From the IMG/VR virus record IMGVR_UViG_3300037391_000010, positions 64,001 to 128,000 of that record: a stretch of 64,000 nucleotides of DNA; one strand, written 5' to 3'. Position numbers and translations under genes: made by a program. The notes beneath the pieces are model-generated. The model was not told the DNA's origin and made no database searches. It saw only the letters and a list, made by a program, of their open reading frames with translations. Source of the stretch: a virus. Below are positions 48,249 through 60,800 of this stretch, piece by piece (the stretch's first letter is position 1; the number at the start of each line of letters is the position of its first letter).

Positions 48249-48791
48249 ATGGCAGTCGCACCCTTCACCCGCATTGTAGTCGATAAGAAGGAGGAGGCGA
48301 AGTTCCGCCGCCGAGCCCTGAATCATTACCCACTGGAATACATGGAAGCCCTGTGGGGCAAAGTACGTGGTGATATCCTCTACATTCATGCCTTTGTGAA
48401 GGTCGATCATAAGCCCGGAAAACGCACCCTTCGGTACGAGGATTACGAGATTGACGAGCATGAAGAGGATGCAGCCGAAATCGGGCTGACCTACCTTGGC
48501 ACCATCCACACTCACCCAAACGCCGAAGATGCTCAATTTAGCGAGGTTGACTGTGAACAATCGCAGGACTCTCAGGACGTAATGATGGGCATCTGTGCCA
48601 TCCAAACTACCTATCTTGATGAGGAAACCAAGACTCAAAAGCCCCTGAACCGCAAGGTCGTCCGCGTCGAATACTGGCCGACCGTAACCCCACTCATCGC
48701 CATTCGTCGCGACACACCACCCTCAAGGTCGGTCAAACGAGCCCTCAAAAGGGGCTATAAACTGGCGAAAAAGAAGAAGTCCCGTCGATAA
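48249..48791 (+). CDS. JAB/MPN+ metalloprotease
   Basis: E(YMEALWG)...LGTIHTHP....FSEVD matches the E-x(n)-HxH-x7-S-x2-D JAMM motif. Confidence 0.8.
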   Translation: MAVAPFTRIVVDKKEEAKFRRRALNHYPLEYMEALWGKVRGDILYIHAFVKVDHKPGKRTLRYEDYEIDEHEEDAAEIGLTYLGTIHTHPNAEDAQFSEVDCEQSQDSQDVMMGICAIQTTYLDEETKTQKPLNRKVVRVEYWPTVTPLIAIRRDTPPSRSVKRALKRGYKLAKKKKSRR

Positions 48792-48821
48792 ACTTCCGCT
48801 TTCTATGGTATGGGCGCTAGA

Positions 48822-51800
48822 ATGAATCCATTGCTTCAAATGAAGACCGCCGCGTTCTCCTCGGTACGGGAAATCAATATCTCGGAAGATCAGGGCTCCG
48901 CAGAAGGGTACACAGCGGACACCAGTGCGGAACAACTCCAGAATTGGCTCGACCGCTTCGGCTACACGAACGAGGAATTCGTTGCCGACCTGCGGAAGAA
49001 ATACGATAGCTTCGCCGTATTGAATAACATCAATGTGTACGAAGATTCCCGTGGCAAGGGCTACGGCGATTACCTGCTTCAGGAATTCCTGCGAGAAGCT
49101 GGGGATCATGGTGCGGGTATCTGCCTGCTGGTCGCCGACACTGCCGAGGAACAGGCCAAGGGTTTCAGCTTGGTGGAGTGGTACGAACGTAACGACTTCG
49201 AGCAGATTGCCTCGGTCTACGGCGGGGAACTGATGATATTGGGCATCATGAATCCGAAGATTGTGGCAAAGAAAGCAGCCGCCGACATCGGTCAGATGAA
49301 GAACATTGTTGCCGAGATGATGAGCGTACTCACCGCTGGGCTACCACAGCCCGAAGTCAAGATCATAAACCAGACCAATAGAACGTTGGGGCAATGCCGT
49401 TGGCTTTGGGGCAAGAAAGCCGATCAGACTTGGGGCGATGACAATACCACGTTGGAAATTCAGAAGAAAGTTCTGGGGCACGAGGAGACCCTCCGTCGCG
49501 TCATCGCCCACGAACTGTGTCACCATGAAGTTGCTTTGCTCGTTGCTAAACCAAAGCTTCTGGAGATCGGCTACGAAACCTACAAACGGTATCAGAACAT
49601 TTTCGGGCCTGATGGACACGGCAAGGAATGGAAGGAAGTCGCCAAGCGTTTCGATGCAAAATACGGTGCGGACTTTGTGACAGAGAAATCCGATAAGGAC
49701 ACCGTAGTGGACGAACAAGGCAAAGAAATCTTCATCCTGCTCAATAACTATGTCTACGGTCGGCACAAGCAGCGTTTGGGCTGGCAGTGGGCAGTGGGGC
49801 TTAGCCGTCAGGCTATGGCGTACCTCGATGGGATTGATTGGACTTCAGGCGAATTCAAACTGGTCAAGACGACTGATGCTGTATTCACCAAGGGGCGAGG
49901 CCGAATCAAGCAGTACACAGGATGGAATTTGCCGCGCACCCCTGAACAGGAACAGAAGCTTCAAGACCTCTGGGCGAATGCTCCGATGGCGAAGTTCGGT
50001 GCCGACGAAGACAAGACTGCCAAGTCAGGCCCGCACAAGAATGCGACATCCCAGATCAACCTGCCGCCCGAAGCCGCCGCTGGGATGATGGAAGCCGCGA
50101 AGCAAATTCCCGATGAGGAACTCGGCAAGGATGGTCGCGAGGATGACCCACACATCACAGTTAAGTACGGAGTAAAGCCCGATCCCGATTTGTTGAGTCA
50201 AGTTGTAGGTGAACAGCAACCATTTACGGTAACGCTGGGCAAGACGCACGTATTTTCCGTGAGCGAAAGTTCCGACGCTCAAGCTCCTATCGTGGTTCAA
50301 TGCCATGCTCCCGAACTTGAGGCTCTCCACAACAAGGTCGCGGAAGCGATTGGCACTCGCAAGGATGATTTCCCCTACGTGCCACATGTAACTCTCGCTT
50401 ATGTCAAGCCCGACGTTGCCGCCAAATATGAAGGAATGGACTGGGCTGAGGGCATCTCCTTCCAAGTAGACGCCATCACCCTGAGTACGAAGGGCGGCGG
50501 TCAGGTTCGAGTGCCATTTGGCAAGCCTCGTAAGTCCGCATCCCACAAAACCCCACCGATGAGCGACACGCAGTACCAGAACCCTGAGATGGGTGAGGAG
50601 ACGAACGCTTACGCAGACATTCCAGAGCGTGTGAAGGGTGTCGAAGACCTGCCTTCGCTCGAATCGCTTTCGCCTGACCTATTCAAGACGGGAGCGGGCA
50701 GCGTTCACGATCTCGATTTACAGGACGTGGTTGCTTGGGGCGGCAGCCTCAGTGAGGCACAGGGCGATTGGAACAAGATCAGGGCAGAGGCCGCTGAACG
50801 TGTGAAGGCTGAAGGCAAGGATTGGGAGAAAATGCCCGAGGCTGAACAGGAAGTGTGGCTCGACAAGATTGGCTGGGAGTGGCTCGGGGCGACATGGGAA
50901 GTCACCATGAACCGCCTCCAATCTCTGAAGTTCCCTCTCGTAGTCTACCGTGGGCTGGGCTCCGTCAGCCTCAAGGAGATCAACAAGGGGCAATACAAAG
51001 AGAAGGGCACGGGCATCTATTGGTCTTATGATGAGAACAACGCTTACGTGCATGAGGAACTCGCCGCTGGGCATTCGCACATCATAATGTTGCGAGGCGT
51101 CGTGAGTTCACCAAAGCAGATCGATTGGATTCGTACCGCTTATGTCAACCTCGTGGCATCGGATGAGAAGGAAATCAACATCTGGCCGGGTGAAGAGGTT
51201 CAGATCACGGGCTACAAGTACAAGGGTGAGAAGGCGTGGAAGAATCCACCGAAGAATCTCCGTCAAGTACGTGCCGCCGCCACGAACTTCAAGCCCATGC
51301 TGTTCGACAACTGGTGTGACGCGAACCCGATGTACCAGCCTGACGATTTCAACGAGGCCGAATACCGTTACGATGAGAATGTCGCCCACTTCAGCACTGT
51401 GGATTTCCCCATCACGATCTACCGTGCGGTTCAAGTTGAGCAAGGCACGCAGCCGAACTTGGAGAAGGCTGGCATCTATTGGACGTGGGTTGAGAACAGT
51501 GCTGATGCGTACTTTGGTTCGGGGTCGATATGGGATCAAGGCGGGCCGCATCCGAAGAACCCTCAAACCTTAATTCTAAAAGCCAAGGTGTTGCGTTCGA
51601 CCGATGTGGATTGGGACGCGACTCTTCTCGCCAACATGCTCAACGAAGACGAGAACGAGATCACTGTTGAGGCAGGTGCCCAGCTTCAATTGATTGGTAT
51701 CGATTACGGGCAAGGCTATAAGAAGCCCGCTCAGAAAAGGGTCATGGCATACGGCGACGAATCCAAGAACCTGCCTTTACGTGGACAGAAAGGTGTGGGC

Positions 51801-54800
51801 GGACAGGACTTTCCTCTGATGTTCGACCCGCCGTTGTTCTCGGATGAGAAGGAAGCCGCAGGCAGACCGAAGTTCTACCACGGCACGGCAGCGGAGAACC
51901 TCGACGACATCCTAAAGAACGGGCTCAAAGCCAGCAAGGATATGAGCAGCAACGAGTGGGGTCGGTCTGTGTACCTCGCCTGCGATGCATACACGGCAAA
52001 GAACTACGAGGGGCATCAAGGCAAGGGTCGCGGCAACTGGGTCATATTGGAGATCGACGGCAATAAGCTCCATGAAGACCTGCTTCGTCCCGACGATTAC
52101 GATTTCCGCGACATCTTCGAGAGCTTGCCCGAGGAAGAGAAGGCAAAATGCGAGGGCAACTGGGCGTGGTGCGATTGGCGAATAAGCCTTGAGCACAGTT
52201 GTCAAGTGGCGTACATGGGCGATGTCCCGCCTGACGCCATTAAGGTCGTTCCAACGCCGAAGTTCAGCGCAAAGATCAATCCCAAGTTAAAAGCATGGTT
52301 CAACGGTTCGAAGGTTGTGGACGACAAAGGACAGCCACGCATTGTGTACCACGGCAGCAAATCCACGTGGATCAGTTCCTTCGATCTGGGTATGGAAGGC
52401 ACAGGCACGGCAGGCAGCACAAAGTGGGGCGGCATTTGGTTCACATCGAACCAAGGAAACGCCAGTTGGTTCGCCGATCCGCCCGAGGAAAAGGTTGAAG
52501 CACGCACTGATGACGTGACGGTCTACGGTAATGACCCGTATTATGCCGCCATCACCGACATTAACGGCGAAGGCATTTTCGAAGTTGGCCCGCATCCTAC
52601 AGAAGAGGAAGCGGAGCGAGACGGCATTGCACAGGCGAAAATGTACAACGAGCATCTGGGTGAGGACACCAACGTCCAAGCCGTCTACCTGAAGATCGTC
52701 AACCCGTATGTCACCGATCAGATTCCGCGTGACAAGGAATTCAAAGCCGCTCGGGATGGCGGACACGACGGGATCATCGCCAAAGAGGTAACGGATGGTG
52801 TGGAGGTTAGCGATGTGTTTGTCGTGTTCAGTCCGAATCAGGTCAAGTCCGCTACCCGCAATGTCGGGAACTATGACCCGAACAACCAAAGCATTATAGC
52901 GGGTGGGTCAACCCAGTTGTTGCCCGACGAAGTGGAGCTAGTTGCAGACATCGCTCAAAGCGGCGGCGGGAAGGCATTCCCGAAGCTGGAGAAAGAGCCA
53001 TTGTTCCCCGAGGATAAAGAGAAAACTGCCAGTGCCACACCAGAAATCAAGGAAGAAGCAAACAGTCTCCGATTAGAAGTTGGGGGGCAGAAGATTGGCT
53101 ATATCGGTTATCGCGTGGATCAAGTCGGCAAGAAGAAGTTTGCCGAAATCTCCGGTCTCGAAGTGGACAAGGCATGGCGTAGACAGGGGTGGGGAACAAA
53201 GCTGTACGAAGCTCTTGCCGCAAAAGCGAAACGCGAAGGCATCTCGTTCCTGACCTCCAACCTCAGCGGTATGACCTCTTCTGACGCAGAGGGTGTGTGG
53301 TCTCACCTTATTGGTAAAGGGTACAACATTGAGGAGGTTGCATCCGAGGATTCGGAGACGGGCAAGCCGTATTTCAAGTGGAAAGTCGCCAAGCAGTACG
53401 GCCCCGTCTATCACGGCACCTATCACGAATGGTCTGACAAAATCCAGAATGACAAATACAAGATCGGAAAGTTTTTCAGTTCAGACCCGCTTGTGGCACA
53501 GGCATACGGCAGCTTCGTGCATGAATGTTATCTGACGATGAACAAACCATTCATCGTGGACGCGAAGGGAGAAAGTTACTCCTCAATCCCCACGCCCGAA
53601 GCGTTGAAGCGTTGGGTTGCCTCTGGAATGGATACGGTCGATACTGACAACATTGCTGATTACGCCTCCAAACATGGGTACGATGGCGTCATCATTAAAA
53701 ACGTTGTTGAGCTTCACCACCAAGTCGAGGCGGACGACTACATCGTGTTTAAGCCCAATCAGATTAAGGTGAAGGGCGTCATTGAGCCTGAGATCAGTCC
53801 TTACACTGCCAACAAATACCATAAGCAAGAGTTGCAGCGTCGTTTTGAAAAGAAATACCCCCAGACGGCAAGCTCGCACACGGCGGCGGGACTCCCGTCA
53901 TTCAATGCGTGGGTGAAGAAGAACGGCGGCATCGCCAAGATTCTCGACATGTACGACGTTGACACAGCGGAGACTTACGGTTCCGGGTTGGAAGAGCCCG
54001 AGAATCAAGCTGACGTTAAACGTTACGAGAAAGAACTACACAAGCGTGCCTTGGCGGACTTTCAAGAGCGATACGAGCATTTTATCGCGGAGTACCAAAG
54101 CTGGCAATTCCCGATGGATGTGTTCCGTTGCATCTCTTTGCCAAAGCCTGACAGCAACGCAGGACAGCAGCACTTGTTCCCCGATACTCCGCAGGCACAG
54201 TTCCAGCAAGGATTGCAGGCGATAAAGTACAACGGCGTCGGCATCTTCTGGTCGTGGGATGAAAACTCCGCAGAATGCCATTGGGGTTCTGGCGGGCCGA
54301 ACGTGACGCTGCACGGCATAATCAACAAAGACAACGTTGATTGGGAAGGCACGCTTTACGCCAACATGTTTCCCGCATTGGGCGACGACGAAAAAGAAGT
54401 CCGTCTGATAGAGGGTACACAATTTGAGCTTGAGGGAATCCAATACGACGAGAAGTCGGGATGGTCGCAGCCCCCAGTGAAGACGGTTACGGCAGCGAAG
54501 GCCAAGAAGCGTGTGTTCTACCATGCGACGAGTGCCGCGAACATCAATGGCATTGCACAGCACGGGTTGAAGCCTTCGGAGAAGACGAACTGGGGTGGTA
54601 TGCTGGGAGATAGCTCCCTTGGCAAGACGTTTTTTGCAAAAACACCCGCCTCGGCGATGTACTACGCCATGATTATCTTCCGCGACAAGCTGGAGGATAA
54701 CGGTCAAGCACATGTCCCGATCTGCCTTCGTGTGACCATACCTGAGAAGGTTCAGTTGGACACGGAGCGGGCCCAGAATGTGCAGAGGGGAGTCCATTTA

Positions 54801-57800
54801 CCAGAAAGTGAAGCCTATGCTCCCGATGAGGAATCGTGGGTCACGGAGGGGATTCCGCCTGCGAACATTCAGATGTTCTGGCAGGGTAAGTGGCAGCCAG
54901 TCAAATCGGGCGATTGGGATTCCATGTTCTATTATGAAGAGGGAGAGGGCGTTGGGTACGTGGACTGGGAAGGCTCCCCCGTTGGAGATTCCGTTCCTGA
55001 AGCTATGGCTGACGTTGAGAGCTTCACGATGCCGAAGAAAGCAGGCGTGATGGGTCAGGTATACCTCCTGCACTTCGATATCGATCCGAAGGAAGAGATT
55101 CCTAGCACCCGCGAGGACGCTAAGAAGCCGTTCCACGCTCGTCACTATATGGGCTGGGCCGAGAACGCACAGGAGCGCATCGACCAGCACTACAAGGCAA
55201 CCTCAGGCGTCAAGCTGATCGAAGCCATCCATGCCAAGGGTATTTCGTTCACCGTCGCCCGAATTTGGGATAACGTGGATCGGGACTTTGAGCGTAGGAT
55301 GAAGAATCAGGGCGGATTGAACCGTCACTGTCCTATTTGCAAGAAGCTGGGGCTCATCCCCGCGTCTCGCTATCGCGGCAAGGCATTGGAGAAGCAAGTG
55401 GCACCAGCAACACCTGAAGCAGGGCTAGATTTCGTGGAGATAGAGAAGAAGGCCGCAGCGGGTGATCTCGCCAATCTGCGGAACTACCTCACTCTGAGCC
55501 GCCGCGAGATGGGCGAGGAGTTAGCTCGGAATTTCAGCAGCTATTGGTCAGAGTTCGTAGAGAATGAGCATCCCGAGCTTGCCAATCTTATCGACGAAGA
55601 TGGCTACACTGACAATTTTGACACTGTTCCCGAGGATGTATTGAGCGACTTCCTCGACCAGTACGGCAGTCGGGCACTACAGGATGACCCCGCTATGGCT
55701 CCCACGTTCCTGACTGTGGACTATCGTCGCGATGTCAAGAACGCTTGGCTCGTGCATTTCACCGACTTCCCCGATGAGATTGCCAAGAGTGGTTTCAAGT
55801 ACGGCATGGATCGGGTGGAAACGCTCGCTCTAACGACCTACTTCAAGGAGGACGCGAAGAAGTTCGGTGGGTATAACTTTGCCCTCGACGCCCATCACCG
55901 CAACCTTGAATCTCTCGGGAGCAACTACGGCAAGCATTGCGTTCTGTTCCAAGCGAACGGTATTGAGACGTGGCATACAGGCGATGACTTTGAACAGATC
56001 ATTTTCTGGGGTAAGGACGCGAGGAACATCATTCCGATCTACGACAGCGGCGGGTATGGTACGTGGTCAGTCGGTGAGGACAAAGACGGTAACCCGCTGT
56101 TTGAGAGTGAAGACCTGTCGCAGGTTGTGGAGTGGGCAATTACGAACTCCGCGAAGTTGTTACCCAAAGCCAAGAAGCCGAAAGCTCAGCGTGCAGTCGC
56201 CAGTGAGATGACAACGTTATACCACCGTACTCGCCCGGGCCGTGAGGGACAGATTGACACGCAAGGATTGAGCCATATCGAAGGCGGCGGTGAACTTTGG
56301 TTTACTGATGATCCGTCTGCTTATTATGGGGACTCGCCAAACGCAATGTATAGCGTTGAGGTTCCTAAAGAAGAAGCCGAGGCCGCACACGTGGGTGGAC
56401 ACGATTACCGTTTCATGGGCCGTTCATTCGCCCCCGAACAAATCAAGAAGGTCGGTGCGGAGCCATGGGAAATGCGACAAGATGAATACGCGGGTCGCTG
56501 GAACGAGCAAGAGACAGAGGAGCAGAGCGGTGTGCGTCACCAGAAGAACCAAGATTGGGAACAGAATTCCCTAGCCGCCCTGTCGCTCGGTAAGATCACA
56601 CCAGAACAGGCGAAGGAACGCGGTGTGTACGAAGCGAAATCATTCATACCCCTGCCTCAGACCCCGTTGTATCACGTCACAACCGCCAAGAGTCAAGTCG
56701 AAGCGAATGGTCTCAAGACTCGTCGTGAACTCGGTCAAAATTACGGCAAGGGGTTGGGCGGCGGCACCAGCATGAGCATCAGCTTCACTGATGATATGAG
56801 CATCGCACAGGGCATTTACGATAACCTGCTGATCGCTCGTAAGGTTGCCGCAGGCGAGATGACCTTGGACGATCTGATTAGCACTGCCACTAAGGGCATG
56901 GGTGCGAACCGTCCGTGGATCGACGACATTCTCAAGTCGCTGGGCGGCTCCAACCCGAAGGACAAGATCAACGTGGAACTGGATGCCATACAACGTGGTG
57001 TGGCGTTCGAACACGGGCTGGGTCGTCCACCCGATGACGAAGCGATTCTGCCGCAGTACCGCAAGCCCGGGCCGTGGCGTCCTACTCCTTGGAGCCAACA
57101 TTGGAAGGGCGGCGATGGAGAAGAGAAGTACACGTACTGGGAACGCGACCTCACTCCTGAGGAAAAGCAGGAACGTGTGTTTGAGTTCTTCAAGAAGTGG
57201 AGCTTCTGGCGTGAGCAAGCGGGCGGGGGACTTGATCCGCTGTACTTCATGAGTGATCCAAAAGCTTTGGGTCAGACACCCGAGAGTGAGATCACCATCC
57301 TGACATTCAAGGCTGTGCCCGGAGCAATGGGCACTCGTGAATCGGCATTGGGTGAATGGCGTGTGTACACGGGTGCGGCTGTGCAGCTTACGGGTAACGC
57401 GGCGGCGGCAAAGATGGGGATGTTTAATCCCAACCGAGCTAACGTTCAGTACAATTCCGAGAAGGGTACAGGCGAGTGGGAAGGCTGGAACATCGATTTC
57501 AGCGCCGATCCAGTCAAGGAGCACATGCTGCCCGCATCGTTCGTTCGGAAGCTGAAAGGAATTGAGCAGAAGTTCATCAACGTCGCCGATGTAGTGGAGA
57601 CACAGAGCGAGCACTGGACAAAATCCGAACGTGTGGATGAGATTCACACACAGATGGAAACCGAGAAATGGTTCGAAGCCATTCTCGTAGACGAGTACGA
57701 AGATCAGCAAGGGAAATATTACTTGGAAGAGGGGCATCACCGCACCCGTGTAGCAAAGAAGATGGGCAAAACGACTATTCCAGCCGTGATTATGAAGCTG

Positions 57801-60800
57801 GAACCTCGTAAACCTCACTGGTCGTTATCGTCAGGTATCGTCAGAAAATCGTCAGATATCGCCAAGTTTGCGTTCCTCATCGAAGTTCCGAAGGAGTCAC
57901 GCGGCCATTTCTGGGATGAGCCGCCCGCCCACAATCTGGAGTTCTGGGCCTTCCGAAGCCGTCCTCCTGTCCTGATGAACGAGAAGGTCTACTTCACGTT
58001 CGACAAGATGCCCGTGGCGGAAACTACCTGCCTGAAGATTGAGAAACCCGGCGAGTCGCTGTGTGAACTGAGCGGCAAGTACGAGGATCACTGGAAGCTC
58101 TACTGGGAACCGAAGCAGTTCGTCAAATACGCTGGAGCCACAGTTACGTTGTACCATGGCACTTGCCCTGAAAATGCAACCGCACTCGTTGAAAAGGGAT
58201 GGCAGCCGAATCAAGTGAGCAGTGGGGCGAATCGTGGTCAGTCGAAGTATTTGTACCTGACAAATATGACGGACAACGCTCGCTGGTTTGCTCAAGAACA
58301 TGGGTGCGACACGCTAATCGAAGTTCGCAATATCCCTCTGAGCTACATCGCACTCGACCCTGAGGACGCTACTCAGGACACGGTGGAGGCTGAGCTTGAC
58401 TATAACGGCACGGGATTGCCCGGCACGGTTGTCCTCACACAGCCGTTGGGGGCGGAACATTTCCACGTGCTCCATGGTAAAGTCGGTAGCTTGAATGAGA
58501 AACGAAATGAAAAGTGGATTTACCACCCCGATTACGGTGCGTTCTCACAGAAGGGAAGCATAGGTCCTCATGCGACGTTGATAGCGAGAACCATGGGTGA
58601 GGGCATGGCCTCTGGGTGGAAGTACACTGAGGTACTACGAGGCTACGCAGTAATTGACGTGGATCAAAAAACCGTAACCTTGGCGACTCCCACGAAAGAG
58701 TTCATACCGAACGACGTAGTGGATTTGTTCAAGAAGAAATACCCCCAGTACGACCTATCGATTCCTGCGGAATCGAAAGCGGTTGGTGTGACCGCCGCCA
58801 TGCCGAAGAAGTGGTATCACGGCACGTCCCTGAAGAACGCTGAGAAAATCCTGAAGGACGGCTACCTCCAGCCAGATCAAGAGACGACCTACGACATTGA
58901 CATCCCGCGTGACGGGGCGGTATACATCGCCGACTTCGATATTGCGGAGCAGTACGCTATCGAACGCAGCGGTGTGGTGTTGGAAGTTGCCGCCCCGGAT
59001 ATCAGCAAGCTCCTGCCCGATGAAGATGATGTTTACGAACTGCTCAACGACCGTGGTGGTGAACTAAACGCCAAGGGTTCTGCCCAAGCCAAGCGTGTGA
59101 AAGCTCTGTGGCTCAAGCAATGGAATGATGAGAACGCTTCCTACAATGAGCCCGAGAAGTTCCCGATCTATAAGAACTTCGAGGAAGCATGGAAGGCATG
59201 GGGCGAAATCGAGTTCGAGGGCTCAGCCGAACTTGCCGAGCAGATGAAGTATTTGACCGACTACATTGTCAAGAATGATCCCAAGCTCGCTCGTGCGATC
59301 ATCGAACTGGCGGGTAAGGCTGCTCACATAGGGCCGCTCAAGGTTGTCCGTCAGGTCAAGACGGGTGCTCCGAAGTCCATCTGGTATCACGGCTCCAGCC
59401 TGAAGAACCTGCAAAGCATCATGAGTCAGGGATTGGTTCCCGAAGGTAAGGAAAAGGTCTGGGGGGACGATCCTGACGCTGGGCTATCTGCACCGAGTCG
59501 TCAATCTTACGGCGGAATCTACGTCACACAGAACCTCATGACGGCGACGGGAGCCCCCAATACCGAGGACAAGAAGGCTCGTGGCGGCGTACTGATTGTC
59601 GCCATGGAGCTTCAGCCGAACACGATGTACCTCGACGAGGACAACGTTACGGGAGTCTTAGGCGCTCCAATCAAGCACCTGAGTGACAACACCTTCCACG
59701 TTCTCTGTTATTATTTGGCGGCTACACAAGAAGGCGCTGCTGAGACTTGGCAACAAGAGATAGAAGGAATGCGTGCTGACTATATTCGCAAGTGCCTTAC
59801 GCAATGGGAGAGCAAATTTGCGGAGCGTAAGATACCGTTCCACCCCGAACTGAAAAAGGAACTTGAGAAGATTCTACCCAGTGTGTGGCTCGCGGGCGTA
59901 ACACGAGCGGCAGGCCATGTCAAGGACAACTACTCCTACATTCGGGCTTGGGATCAGGTCTTCTACGGCACTCCGAAGGAGAAGCAGCGTCCCGACGCGA
60001 ACACCGTGCTGCCCGACGCATCTGAGGGAGAGGCGGCGTTCCGCGAAGCGGCAGAGAAGGTCACCCGCACGCTGCGGCTCCTCGCTCGTCCCGCTGAAGA
60101 GTCTTCGAAGAATCAGATTTACAACATGAACACCTCTCGCGTCAACGAGCCGATTGGTTTCAGCGGGTCGAATCACATCCTCGCCCTCATAGAAGTTCGA
60201 GATCGCCAGCAGCCTGCTCAGATGATCCTGCACTGGGGCACCATTCCGCCAGACTTCTTCACCCAGTGGAACATAAAGTTTGGCAGCAAGTACGAAGTGG
60301 TGGACGCCCGCAAGGGTCAGCCCAAGGCTAGGGGTGTGGCAGCCTCAGCTAAAACCGCCGATGATTACGCCGCCGATTACGATCAGGAAGTCTTCTACCA
60401 CGCGACCACGTGGAAGATCGCTGACTTGATCGACAAAGAAGGATTGAAGTCAAGCGACAATCAACTGACTCAGGGTAAGAAGTACATCTGGTGCTCTATC
60501 GATATGGCTGCGGCGAAAACTTACGGTCGGTACTTTAGCCAAGACGAGGATAACGAACAGTTTGCTGTGGTGGAATTCATCTGGAATTACGATAAGAGCG
60601 AGCCTGACCCGGAGCACTTTGAAGAGGGCGACACGTACCGCCGCATCGAGTCCGACATTCCTCGGTCGGCAATCACCAAAATTTACTATTTCGCACACGA
60701 TCAGGTTGTCAAGACGGCTGCGGTAGAGGATAAAATCAAGGTAACCACGGCTCCAGACGGACGAATTACGGCCAAACACGTCGATGGAAGTGCTTCAGGC

